DNA from: a virus | Lineage: Duplodnaviria > Caudoviricetes | Length of the DNA: 39,253 nucleotides | Direction: 5' to 3' (one strand) | Virus record (IMG/VR): IMGVR_UViG_3300017754_001141 | Coordinates: 1 to 39,253 of that record | Part shown: piece after piece, positions 1 to 7,454 of the stretch | Position numbering within the stretch: position 1 is the first letter of the stretch | Layout of the letters: each line of letters starts with the position of its first letter | Made by a program: the position numbers and the translations under genes | Notes under the pieces: generated by a model | Told to the model about the DNA's origin: nothing | Seen by the model: only the letters and a program-made list of their open reading frames with translations | The model's database searches: none

Positions 1-363
1 CTTGTGCTCAATCAGCGCCCCAGTCTTTTTGTCGGTCACCGCAATGATCTCAGGCTGTTCGTCAGCAATGGCAATGATCTCGTCAGCCAGTGTGTCAGCT
101 TGGTCTTCACGGGCGCGTGTGTACATCTCCGCAAAGCTGGGGTGGGCAATCAACCACTCATAAACCGAAGACTGCGCAGGCATTCCCTCCTCCTTCAGTA
201 TCTCCCTCAGACTCTTCCCTTCTGCTATGCGTACACAGATAAGGGTAGCAAGGGCTTGGTTGAATACTGTCGGTCTACCGATCTTTGGTTTCGGCGGCGC
301 GACTACTACTTCTGTTTTATTAGGTTCGGGTTGCTTTTCGGCCTTGGGTTTTCTTGTCGCCAC
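1..363 (-). CDS. terS: Terminase small subunit (Sf6-like), 3' end truncated by the window edge
   Basis: Absent from the ORF track because it runs off the edge. Manual translation from GTG 363 (GGAG RBS): MATRKPKAEK...KIGRPTVFNQALATLICVRIAEGKSLREILKEEGMPAQSSVYEWLIAHPSFAEMYTRAREDQADTLADEIIAIAD, the typical Sf6/P22-type TerS HTH pattern. Alternative ATGs at 375 and 384. Confidence 0.88.
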   Translation of the reverse strand, partial: MATRKPKAEKQPEPNKTEVVVAPPKPKIGRPTVFNQALATLICVRIAEGKSLREILKEEGMPAQSSVYEWLIAHPSFAEMYTRAREDQADTLADEIIAIADEQPEIIAVTDKKTGALIEHK

Positions 364-613
364 AGTGTTCTCCATGTGTGTCATTGGACTGGAGTTTAAC
401 TTGAAGTTTAGTTCTTGCGTTTTGACGCTCTCTGATCATGTTGTACCTATTCACACTCTCGTCGCCAGAACGACTGATCCCGTATATCGTGCCGAGGTCA
501 ACTCCAGCGTTTCGATGGTCTTCCACGCTCTTTGTCGCGCTCTTGCTGACTCGATGGCTGAATGCCAATTCTTTGGTGATCTTGCTGGGGCCAGAGTAAT
601 CGAATGCGTTCAT
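320..613 (-). CDS. Hypothetical protein (97 aa)
   Basis: GGAGG RBS before ATG; fits the operon; 3' end overlaps the terS start. Confidence 0.6.
   Translation of the reverse strand: MNAFDYSGPSKITKELAFSHRVSKSATKSVEDHRNAGVDLGTIYGISRSGDESVNRYNMIRERQNARTKLQVKLQSNDTHGEHCGDKKTQGRKATRT
393..412 (-). promoter_or_regulatory. Candidate promoter/operator upstream of terS
   Basis: GTTTAA-CTTGAAG-TTTAGT (394-412) resembles the sites at 8863-8903. A -10-like TAAACT (398-393) sits in the same register as in the three repeated cassettes. Confidence 0.45.
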
Positions 614-622
614 GCCTCCATT

Positions 623-820
623 TTACTGGTGTTTCTCCCATTTGGCACACAATTCCCTGACCTTGGGGGTCTTTTTTTTCTTGGCGCAAACGTTGCTGAT
701 TGACTGCTCCCGCCCCTTTTTGATCAGTTGTTCAGCGGTCAGCGGCTTTGGCGGCTCAGGGTACAGGCCATTCCAACCGACGGCTCCCAGCACGGCGCTC
801 AGGATCAGGCGGTCAATCAT
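623..820 (-). CDS. Small protein with N-terminal hydrophobic segment
   Basis: ATGA overlap with upstream gene; MIDRLILSAVLGAVGW. Confidence 0.7.
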   Translation of the reverse strand: MIDRLILSAVLGAVGWNGLYPEPPKPLTAEQLIKKGREQSISNVCAKKKKTPKVRELCAKWEKHQ

Positions 821-1059
821 GCTTCACCTCTGGCTCTGATGGATTCAGCAATGTTTTTACAGGCTATTTCCCACCATTCTTTAGGCGAGTTTGGAGCCGC
901 CCATGTTTTGCCTATTTTTTGTTCAGCAATTAAGGCACAGGCTTCACGTTCTTTAGCGGCAATGGTTTCTATCTGTCCACGCAAATCAGCAACCGTCAAC
1001 AGTAAAGAATCTCTTGCAGTTTTAAGTCGTTCAAATTCAATTGTTTCTTCTTGTGTCAT
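817..1059 (-). CDS. Hypothetical phage protein (EREACA motif)
   Basis: Coupled start/stop; AKEREACA...IRARG motif common in small phage genes. Confidence 0.75.
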   Translation of the reverse strand: MTQEETIEFERLKTARDSLLLTVADLRGQIETIAAKEREACALIAEQKIGKTWAAPNSPKEWWEIACKNIAESIRARGEA

Positions 1060-1277
1060 GTGTAGTCACCCTCTTCGGTGTGTTGCGTCAGCCGCGCCTC
1101 AAGGCGCTTGATGCGTTTGTCGTTGTACTGGATAGCCGCTTCCGCATACTCAGCCGCAGTCTCAGCTTCCAACTTGCGCAGGTGCGCCTCTCGCAGTTCA
1201 TATGCAATGACCTCATGGATAGTCCTTGCCCTGATTACATCCTTGATGTACTTGACTGTTGATGCCCTGAAATTCAT
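1056..1277 (-). CDS. Hypothetical coiled-coil protein
   Basis: Tightly packed ORF in operon. Confidence 0.7.
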   Translation of the reverse strand: MNFRASTVKYIKDVIRARTIHEVIAYELREAHLRKLEAETAAEYAEAAIQYNDKRIKRLEARLTQHTEEGDYT

Positions 1278-1278
1278 G

Positions 1279-1566
1279 TCACTGCCTTTGGCTTGGAATT
1301 CGGTTCAGAATCGCCTCTGAGGCGTTTTTAAGGGCTGTGGCTACCTCACCCTCATCTTCTTCGGTTGAGAGGTTCCTGACCACCTCTGCGCAAGCCTCAC
1401 GCTCAATGAAGATGGCTCGCTTGGTGGTCTCAATCGCCACCGTCATGATTTCCGCCTTAGCAATTGCCATAGCATCATCAAATTCAGCTTGGGTGAAGAA
1501 TGTCACCGCGCCTGAACCTCCCAACAGTTGTCGGGCCAGTTGGCTCATCTCTTTTTTCTCAGTCAT
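1279..1566 (-). CDS. Hypothetical phage protein (EREACA motif)
   Basis: Probable start ATG 1566 (MTEKKEMSQ) overlapping the upstream stop. Confidence 0.72.
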   Translation of the reverse strand: MTEKKEMSQLARQLLGGSGAVTFFTQAEFDDAMAIAKAEIMTVAIETTKRAIFIEREACAEVVRNLSTEEDEGEVATALKNASEAILNRIPSQRQ

Positions 1567-1831
1567 GGGTAGTCCTATGTTCTTGTGTTGTTTCAACTGG
1601 CTCGTATGTCATTTCAAAGATGTCAGGCTTGCATGGGTAGTGTTCACCCTTTATGCCTGTGATGATCCAGTCGCCGGGGGTGACAATGTGACCGCCTTCT
1701 AACGTATGAATAAATCCTTTATCAATACAGTCTTCCATCTTGAATGTAAGTGCTTGTTCTACGGCGGGATGGTCACCCATCTTGAACCACTGAGTAGCTT
1801 CGATCTCCACAGGCTTTTTTCTGAACTTCAT
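1559..1831 (-). CDS. Conserved phage protein (KFRKKPV...TLEG...PGDWII...YPCKPDIF family)
   Basis: Widespread phage family motif; start ATG 1831 coupled to upstream TGA. Confidence 0.85.
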   Translation of the reverse strand: MKFRKKPVEIEATQWFKMGDHPAVEQALTFKMEDCIDKGFIHTLEGGHIVTPGDWIITGIKGEHYPCKPDIFEMTYEPVETTQEHRTTHD

Positions 1832-2046
1832 GCTTCCCTCGCTTTCAACATTGCGTCTGCCATTGAGTAGCACATTGAGGCATAAACATCCTGAATTTTT
1901 TGTGCTTTTTCAATTGAATAGTGCTTGCTTTCCAATTCAGAAGTGACTTTGTGCATAAGAGCTTCTAAGCCCCGTGCCGCAAAGTAATCACGCAATGTCA
2001 TGCCTCTATTGCCTAGTCCATCTGGAAATGCTGGTGGGTTGTTCAT
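1828..2046 (-). CDS. Conserved phage protein (GMTLRDYFAA family)
   Basis: PAFP...GMTLRDYFAA...ADAMLKAR motif. Confidence 0.85.
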   Translation of the reverse strand: MNNPPAFPDGLGNRGMTLRDYFAARGLEALMHKVTSELESKHYSIEKAQKIQDVYASMCYSMADAMLKAREA

Positions 2047-2285
2047 TTCTTCATCTCCCTGATGTAGATCGTTATCGAGTCCAATGTGTCCTGCCCAAAC
2101 CCCTGCATGCGTTGCATCGCCAGCGCCACCTCTTCGATCACACCGTTGCGCAATTCGTCATAGAACTGCTGTTGAGTCTTTGTGGGTTCCATTTGCTTCC
2201 TGATGGTTTCTTGCCTGATCTTGCTGATGCGTTCAACAATGTTGAACTCCTCGTCTTCGTCGATCGGTCGATTGAAGTTAGTCAT
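2043..2285 (-). CDS. Hypothetical protein
   Basis: Probable start ATG 2285 (MTNFNRP); coupled to neighbours. Confidence 0.7.
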   Translation of the reverse strand: MTNFNRPIDEDEEFNIVERISKIRQETIRKQMEPTKTQQQFYDELRNGVIEEVALAMQRMQGFGQDTLDSITIYIREMKK

Positions 2286-2562
2286 CTTTGTGTTCACTCC
2301 GCAGGATTCGGCGCTCCATGTGGCGCACGGTTCGTTTGAGGTTCAGATTCTCTGCCTTCAGGCGCTCTATTTGGGTGCTGTAGGCGCTTAAACGAGCATT
2401 GGCAAGGTCAATGTACCTTTTCATCTCCTGCGGGTCTTGCTGGGCCGCATTTGTGGTCTGCTGGCTCTTTGGTGAAGATTTCTTCGCAGTTGGTGCAACG
2501 CCAAGCCCAACCCGTGCGGACTTGGGTTTCACCGTACTTAACGTTCCTGAGTCGTCCGTCAT
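2278..2562 (-). CDS. Hypothetical coiled-coil protein
   Basis: ATGA-coupled ORF. Confidence 0.7.
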   Translation of the reverse strand: MTDDSGTLSTVKPKSARVGLGVAPTAKKSSPKSQQTTNAAQQDPQEMKRYIDLANARLSAYSTQIERLKAENLNLKRTVRHMERRILRSEHKDD

Positions 2563-2678
2563 AGGTCTTGATCTTTTCTATCATTGTTTTGAAGCTCCAA
2601 CAAAACCATCAGTATCACCCACAGGCCACCAATGCCGATTGCCGCACCCAAAACCAAAAGAAAAATAGTTTCAAGCAT
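2559..2678 (-). CDS. Small membrane peptide (39 aa)
   Basis: Manual ORF MLETIFLLVLGAAIGIGGLWVILMVLLELQNNDRKDQDL fills the gap and overlaps both neighbours; below the ORF-track cutoff. Confidence 0.65.
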   Translation of the reverse strand: MLETIFLLVLGAAIGIGGLWVILMVLLELQNNDRKDQDL

Positions 2679-2871
2679 TCTCGGCCTCCATGATTGTTGT
2701 TAATGCATCAAGCAATTGCTTGGCCTGATCCTTGTCCAGTGTGGTGTAGGCATTGCACCCTGACATGAACAGGCTAAGCCACACACCGCCATCGGTGGGG
2801 CTGACGCGAATGGTGTGCTTACCCTCGTGGCACTTGATGGCAAATTCCAGATCGTCGGTTTGGTCAGTCAT
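2671..2871 (-). CDS. Hypothetical protein (66 aa)
   Basis: Probable start ATG 2871 (MTDQTDD), GGAGG upstream. Confidence 0.7.
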   Translation of the reverse strand: MTDQTDDLEFAIKCHEGKHTIRVSPTDGGVWLSLFMSGCNAYTTLDKDQAKQLLDALTTIMEAENA

Positions 2872-3079
2872 TGATGTGTCCTCCAACATCCCACTCTGGT
2901 GGCTCAGCATGCAAAGGAACCCAAGTGGATTTCTTGGCCTTCTGGGCATCTTTCATTGTCCGAATTCCAGCAACCACATCAGCCAGCGACTTGAATTCCG
3001 CATCGCACTGCTCGTTGACCATGGTCAAGGCAAAGCTGATGCCTGCCTCAAAACCTTCTTTCCATTCTTTGTTTGACAT
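2864..3079 (-). CDS. Hypothetical protein, first gene after promoter cassette 1
   Basis: GAGG RBS, directly downstream of the repeat at 3088-3136. Confidence 0.72.
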   Translation of the reverse strand: MSNKEWKEGFEAGISFALTMVNEQCDAEFKSLADVVAGIRTMKDAQKAKKSTWVPLHAEPPEWDVGGHIND

Positions 3080-3087
3080 GATTTTCC

Positions 3088-3136
3088 TCAGTTACCCTGC
3101 TGAATGCAGTAGATGAATCTTAACACAAAATTAAGA
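3088..3136 (-). promoter_or_regulatory. Repeated promoter/operator/leader cassette, copy 1
   Basis: TCAGTTACCCTGC-N5-GCAGT...GAATCTTAACACAAAATTAAGA; inverted repeat TCTTAA-N7-TTAAGA at 3118-3136 over a -10-like TAAGAT. Confidence 0.8.
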
Positions 3137-3155
3137 GGCAGGTGGTTAGCCTGCC
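3137..3155 (-). terminator. Possible weak intrinsic terminator after the DUF6011 gene
   Basis: GGCAGG/CCTGCC stem, 7-nt loop, followed by TCTTAATTTT on the minus strand. Confidence 0.4.
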
Positions 3156-3163
3156 CCTCAAAC

Positions 3164-4054
3164 TTACCAACCGTATTTATCTGAGCAGATGGGGCCAATA
3201 CCGCGAGCAATGCTATCTGCATCAGTCAACTCACGTCCGCACACTGCACAGCAACCGAAATGCTTGCCATAGGCAATGGCGGCTTGCTTAGGATCGCTGG
3301 CAACCGCCACGATACGGTCTTTTGTTTCCGCAGTGCAGTCGCGTGAAGTAAACAGTTTGCCGCCCATGACCTTACCCAGATACACGCCGTCACCCTTGGT
3401 TTTGATGTACACCGCACCAGCGTTGGCACTCTTCTCGCCAGCAGGGCTGAAAACAAAGTCTTCAAGGCGCAATTTGGGGAACTTGATGCCCGCACCCTTG
3501 GCGGTCTGGAAAGCCACCTCGATGGCCTCTACAGAGACTTCTGGGGCGGTTTCTGCCTTGGCTTGGCGCTCAGCTTGGTACTGGGCTTGGCGCTCGGCGC
3601 TTTGCACAGTCAGGCGCTGAACGGTTGCCATCTGCTTTTCAGTCAGGTGACCGAACTTGTTGAGGGCATCCAACATGGATTGAGCAAACTCAAAACGAGG
3701 GGCGCTGGATTCCATCCATGCAGTTTCGGCAGGGTTTGCGGCTTTCCAGTCAGCAACCTTGGCGGCTTGTGCATCAGCCTTGGCGGTAGCACGGCGCTGT
3801 GCAGACTGCTTGGCCTTGGCGCGTGTGGCTGGTGAAGTCTTGAAGGAAAACTTGCCCTTACCCTTGCAGGCAAAGCATTCGCCAGAACGAATGTTGACAT
3901 AACCAAAAGTGACGCGACCAGTGCCCTTGCACTTGGGGCAGTCCTGCTCAAAGTACACAACCTCTTTGGTGGCGGCGGCAACGAAGCTGGATGCGTAGAT
4001 CGCGTCCAAATCGTCTGCCATGTCGTCGAAGCCTGTTGCGTTAAATGTATCCAT
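3164..4054 (-). CDS. DUF6011-type zinc-binding protein with N-terminal CxxCxGxG zinc finger
   Basis: CPKCKGTG/CFACKGKG at the N-terminus; CAVCGRELTDADSIARGIGPIC at the C-terminus. Confidence 0.8.
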   Translation of the reverse strand: MDTFNATGFDDMADDLDAIYASSFVAAATKEVVYFEQDCPKCKGTGRVTFGYVNIRSGECFACKGKGKFSFKTSPATRAKAKQSAQRRATAKADAQAAKVADWKAANPAETAWMESSAPRFEFAQSMLDALNKFGHLTEKQMATVQRLTVQSAERQAQYQAERQAKAETAPEVSVEAIEVAFQTAKGAGIKFPKLRLEDFVFSPAGEKSANAGAVYIKTKGDGVYLGKVMGGKLFTSRDCTAETKDRIVAVASDPKQAAIAYGKHFGCCAVCGRELTDADSIARGIGPICSDKYGW

Positions 4055-4064
4055 GATTGACCTT

Positions 4065-4114
4065 TCAGTTACCCTGCTTGTTGCAGTGATTGGAATCTTA
4101 ACACAAAATTAAGA
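4065..4114 (-). promoter_or_regulatory. Repeated promoter/operator/leader cassette, copy 2
   Basis: Same layout as copy 1; TCTTAA-CACAAAA-TTAAGA at 4096-4114. Confidence 0.8.
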
Positions 4115-4147
4115 ATAGGAGTAGGGAGTTACCCTACACCGTATCTT

Positions 4148-4999
4148 TTATGCAACTGCCAACTCTTCGATGTCGATCACGTTGGACTTCAGCTTGGCAA
4201 AGCCGTCAGCCAGCGTCCACAGTGCGCGGTTCAGTTTGACGTTCTCGTTCACGCCTGCCACGCCACGGGTAGTCATGCGACGACCACGCGCGGTGCGACC
4301 ATGGACACCGCCCTTGAGCATGTTCTCCTGCACACGGTTGAAGGTCGTCCACAGGTCAGGCTTTACGTCCTGATGGCGGTTGGCGGTCAGCAAACCCTCA
4401 GCGTTCACGGGAGCCTTACCCTCTTCCCAACGCAGGTGCATGGCGGCATTGGCAAACACCTCAGCCTCTTGCGGAGCCAGCGTGATGGCCTTGTAAGTCT
4501 CAATGCGGTCAACGATAGCGTTGGTGTTCTCTAGCACCTTGAACGAGCCCTCAATTACGTCATGCACCACGTCACCATGGTGGCGGACACGCACGTCGCT
4601 GAAGATGTCGCCAGCGATTAAACCGTTGGAGCAAACAAAGCGGAACACGCCTGCCAGCAGTTGGTAGCTGGACGAGCCGTCATGGCTGTTGACCAAAACA
4701 ATCTCAGGGACTTCGTCGCCGTTGATGCTGGTGACATGGCGCAGGCGAACCATGTGCTTGGTGTGGTCGCGCTTGTCGAGGTCGCGCACCTTGGTTTGGC
4801 GCACCTCAAAGGGCTGGAAACCCTCCACGCGCAGGGCATCAATGACCTTGATGGTGGGAATGAAGGTGTAGCGTTCGCCACGGCTACTGTGGGCTGATTC
4901 AGCCAACACGCTGGGCGCGTAACGAGCGATGGTGTCGTTGGACAACTCGGTTTGTGAACGGAAGGCGGTTTGTTTGGAAGAAGAAGCAAAACGGTACAT
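4148..4999 (-). CDS. DUF932/DUF945 family protein (YafZ/YfjQ-like)
   Basis: APSV...RYTFIPT...HTKHMVRLR...EIVLVNSHDGSSSYQLLAGVFRFVCSNGL...DLWTTFNRVQEN...LNRALW. Confidence 0.9.
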   Translation of the reverse strand: MYRFASSSKQTAFRSQTELSNDTIARYAPSVLAESAHSSRGERYTFIPTIKVIDALRVEGFQPFEVRQTKVRDLDKRDHTKHMVRLRHVTSINGDEVPEIVLVNSHDGSSSYQLLAGVFRFVCSNGLIAGDIFSDVRVRHHGDVVHDVIEGSFKVLENTNAIVDRIETYKAITLAPQEAEVFANAAMHLRWEEGKAPVNAEGLLTANRHQDVKPDLWTTFNRVQENMLKGGVHGRTARGRRMTTRGVAGVNENVKLNRALWTLADGFAKLKSNVIDIEELAVA

Positions 5000-5021
5000 G
5001 ATGGTTCCTTGAAGTGACGGG

Positions 5022-5228
5022 TTAAACGGTGAAGGGTTTGAGTTTCAGTTGGCGCTCGCGCAGAGCGTCGATTTCGGCCCACAGCTTGACGTAGTACGGA
5101 TCGTCTGTGGGTAGGTCACGGTGCAATGCCAGAGTGGCATGACAGTCTTTCAAGGCATGGGCACACATGCTGGCATCGTATGCCTTGAATTTGTTGATGC
5201 AGGTTTCGCGCAATTGACCGTATGTCAT
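5022..5228 (-). CDS. Hypothetical protein (68 aa)
   Basis: AGGAG RBS; in operon. Confidence 0.72.
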   Translation of the reverse strand: MTYGQLRETCINKFKAYDASMCAHALKDCHATLALHRDLPTDDPYYVKLWAEIDALRERQLKLKPFTV

Positions 5229-5237
5229 GGTGACTCC

Positions 5238-5417
5238 TTATGCGGACTGTTGAACAACACGAGCCTCATTGCGGTCGTAGAAACGACGCAGGATGCGCTC
5301 TTGGAGCATCAGGCGGGTGGCCTGCAATTCGGTGATGGGCTGAGTCATGGTTTTCCAGTTGCCGTTCTCTTGCACCTGAACCACAAAACATTTTGTCCAC
5401 TTGTTAATTTTTTGCAT
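5238..5417 (-). CDS. Hypothetical protein (59 aa)
   Basis: Manual ORF MQKINKWTKCFVVQVQENGNWKTMTQ...VVQQSA with GGAG RBS; fills the gap; below the ORF-track cutoff. Confidence 0.7.
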   Translation of the reverse strand: MQKINKWTKCFVVQVQENGNWKTMTQPITELQATRLMLQERILRRFYDRNEARVVQQSA

Positions 5418-5431
5418 GGTGTTCTCCAGTA

Positions 5432-5445
5432 GGGGCCGAAGCCCC
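5432..5445 (-). other. Intergenic GGGGC-UUCG-GCCCC hairpin
   Basis: Perfect 5-bp GC stem with cUUCGg tetraloop; no U tract, so more likely an mRNA stability or processing element than a terminator. Confidence 0.5.
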
Positions 5446-5450
5446 GTTGA

Positions 5451-5807
5451 TTAACGTGCGGTGACCTTGATGGAAAAAACGGCGGTTGTGGTTGTATTGT
5501 CAGCAATTGCTTGGGGCAATTCTTTTTCAGCTTCAAAGCCAAACTTAACCGCAATCTTTGACCAAGCCTGTGCGGCAGTGTCTTTTGCGCCAATCTGAAC
5601 GCCAGTCTTAGCGGCAAACATTGCAACCCAGTTTGTAGAAGAGCGGTTTGCTTCAACGTATGTAGCCTTGTACATCACGCCTTCGACGGTCTTGCCGTCG
5701 TTTTTGAGTTGGTCTTTGATCTTCTCGGCTTGTGCCTCAAGGTCAGCAATTTGAGCCAACAGGTTGCCAAGTGTGTCTACAGGAGAGAAGGAGAGGTCGT
5801 TGTTCAT
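5451..5807 (-). CDS. Conserved hypothetical phage protein
   Basis: VDTLGNLLAQIADLEAQAEKIKDQLK coiled coil; first gene after cassette 3. Confidence 0.8.
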   Translation of the reverse strand: MNNDLSFSPVDTLGNLLAQIADLEAQAEKIKDQLKNDGKTVEGVMYKATYVEANRSSTNWVAMFAAKTGVQIGAKDTAAQAWSKIAVKFGFEAEKELPQAIADNTTTTAVFSIKVTAR

Positions 5808-5818
5808 TTCAATGTCTT

Positions 5819-5877
5819 TCAGTTACCCTGCGAATTGCAGTGAACGAATCTTAACTGAAAATTAAGAAGACATGCAA
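5819..5877 (-). promoter_or_regulatory. Repeated promoter/operator/leader cassette, copy 3
   Basis: TTGCAT (5877-5872), 18-nt spacer, TAAGAT (5853-5848); TCTTAA-CTGAAAA-TTAAGA at 5849-5867. Confidence 0.82.
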
Positions 5878-5896
5878 GCCCCCTAAATAATGACCT

Positions 5897-6175
5897 TCAA
5901 CTTTTGTGGGTTATTAGCAATTCCAGAGTGTCGGCAAGGATGTCAAGCTCGTCTGTACTGTGGCGCTTGAAGTCGTCCCTCGTCCCGTGCCAGCCCTTGG
6001 AACCCGTGTGGTGGGCAGGGCAAAGGGGGATGACCAGCCAATTGCTTTGGCGTTGCGCCATCCCCACACCCTCGCGCGGATGATGCAGTTGCGCAGGGGT
6101 CTCGCCGTACCCCATACGCCTGCACATGCCGCACCCAAGCTCAGCCACGGCATTCATCCATTCTTTCTCGGTCAC
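5897..6175 (-). CDS. Ref-like (RecA-dependent) HNH nuclease
   Basis: LGCGMCRR...QLHH...GMAQR...IPLCPAHH; probable GTG start 6175 overlapping the upstream TGA. Confidence 0.8.
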   Translation of the reverse strand: MTEKEWMNAVAELGCGMCRRMGYGETPAQLHHPREGVGMAQRQSNWLVIPLCPAHHTGSKGWHGTRDDFKRHSTDELDILADTLELLITHKS

Positions 6176-6513
6176 ATGGTCACCTTGTCCTGAACCCTGT
6201 TGGAAGCCTCTATAGACCGCCACACGTCGATTCTGGCCTGAGCGGCTATCAGCATCCACCGAAGCTGTTCTTCGGCCTCCACGGCCTGTTTGATAGCCAG
6301 CAGGTGGGCTTTGTAGTTGGGGTCGCTGTAGGCTTCCCGCTCCTGCGCGTTGACAGCATCAAACCCATGGTGCAAAGCTGTCTTGCAAAGCTCAGCCTTG
6401 ATAGTCTTGCGAAGCTCTTCCATGTAGATGCGATTTGCTCTGGCCTGCGCATATTCTTTTGACTTGGAGATGATGTAATCAATCGCCTCGTTGGGGTCTG
6501 TCATTCTGGTCAT
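6172..6513 (-). CDS. Conserved helical phage protein
   Basis: AQEREAY...IDVWRS.EASNR motif; coupled to neighbours. Confidence 0.8.
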   Translation of the reverse strand: MTRMTDPNEAIDYIISKSKEYAQARANRIYMEELRKTIKAELCKTALHHGFDAVNAQEREAYSDPNYKAHLLAIKQAVEAEEQLRWMLIAAQARIDVWRSIEASNRVQDKVTM

Positions 6514-6932
6514 GCCATCACCTCTACGTTTCCATTGCGATAGAACAAACGATTATTGATGCGACTTGGATAGCCCAAAAAATCTTCCGCATGTTCACGC
6601 GCGGGTTTGGTTTTTAATTCTGCACCGTCGTAGGTTGTGTTCATGGTGTGATGCGGCATTGTGGGCTTTGGAGTCTTGCGCGTTCTGGTGGCCCCAAGCT
6701 CGCTCAACCTGTTTTCGCCTTCGTTGGTGACTCTCCAAAAGCCATCACGATTGACAACGAATCCATCTTTTTTCAGTGGGCTGATCACATACATGTGAAA
6801 CCGCTCCATCGAAATGCTTTTGGTTTGAGTTCTCCACTCTTGCTCTGTCATTGGTTTGCGAGAGATATTCTCCAAACCGCAATGGATCATTGATCCACGG
6901 GTGTAAAACGATCTTGCTGGCTCTTTATTCAT
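6510..6932 (-). CDS. Hypothetical protein, possible winged helix
   Basis: PLKKDGFV...WRVTNEG pattern; coupled ORF. Confidence 0.65.
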   Translation of the reverse strand: MNKEPARSFYTRGSMIHCGLENISRKPMTEQEWRTQTKSISMERFHMYVISPLKKDGFVVNRDGFWRVTNEGENRLSELGATRTRKTPKPTMPHHTMNTTYDGAELKTKPAREHAEDFLGYPSRINNRLFYRNGNVEVMA

Positions 6933-7354
6933 AACTTCTCCAATTGAACGATCAATAACCCCGGCTTCTCGCCGGGAAACCTGTAGACAGAGATCGGCTG
7001 AAACTGGCTGTCGTTCACACCCAATGCCTCTGCTACTCCATCAAGTCCCGCCTTACTCGCCGCCAACAAATTGTCAACATCGCGTTGACGCTTGTCAGGC
7101 ATTAAGTAGATCAGCGTTACCCTGATTGCTTCACCATCATCAATGAAGTCTTTACCCATGTGCTTAGTCAGGTAAAAACAATCCTCTCTGTACTTCTTCT
7201 TCACTGCGTGTGTTGCGCCCCAGTGCTTTCCGTTCTTGTTGTTGGGCATCAACTCGCTTGGCGGGAACGGCAGTCTTAGTTGCGTTGCGTTCGGCCTCCA
7301 TGCGTCGAACAAGGTCGGCAAGTCCTGAATCGCCACGACGTTTTTTGATGTCAT
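6929..7354 (-). CDS. rusA: RusA-family Holliday junction resolvase
   Basis: LPFPPS...PDKRQRDVDNLLAASKAGLDGVAEALGVNDSQF catalytic pattern; true start uncertain. Confidence 0.85.
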   Translation of the reverse strand: MTSKNVVAIQDLPTLFDAWRPNATQLRLPFPPSELMPNNKNGKHWGATHAVKKKYREDCFYLTKHMGKDFIDDGEAIRVTLIYLMPDKRQRDVDNLLAASKAGLDGVAEALGVNDSQFQPISVYRFPGEKPGLLIVQLEKL

Positions 7355-7454
7355 CCTTTACTCCCGCCCACCATAATTGCGCGCGCTCTGACCCTACCTC
7401 GCCAATCTTGATCTTCCTGCGCCTGATCCAGTCCCTTGCTTCGCACTGCTTCAT
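7164..7454 (-). CDS. Hypothetical phage protein (CEAR...KRRG motif), overlapping both neighbours
   Basis: EHMKQCEARDWI...WW...IKKRRG..GLADL looks like a recurrent phage family; start uncertain. Confidence 0.55.
   Translation of the reverse strand: MKQCEARDWIRRRKIKIGEVGSERAQLWWAGVKDDIKKRRGDSGLADLVRRMEAERNATKTAVPAKRVDAQQQERKALGRNTRSEEEVQRGLFLPD

Noticed and set aside
4-1320. Plus-strand ORFs in the left arm (4-399, 227-703, 728-1111 and others)
   Set aside because: Antisense shadows of a tightly coupled minus-strand operon; no RBS or recognisable motifs.
817-1566. EREACA motif shared by two small ORFs
   Set aside because: A very common motif in small phage genes; no evidence of a distinct system.
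4005-4040. GFDDMADD at the N-terminus of the DUF6011 protein resembles the SSB tail GFDDMDDDIPF
   Set aside because: SSB-tail function needs a terminal Pro-Phe with a free carboxylate; this copy is N-terminal and low complexity.
3088-5867. Repeated cassettes as a CRISPR array or attachment sites
   Set aside because: The copies are 1-1.7 kb apart, separated by whole genes, with no cas or integrase gene; promoter features explain them.
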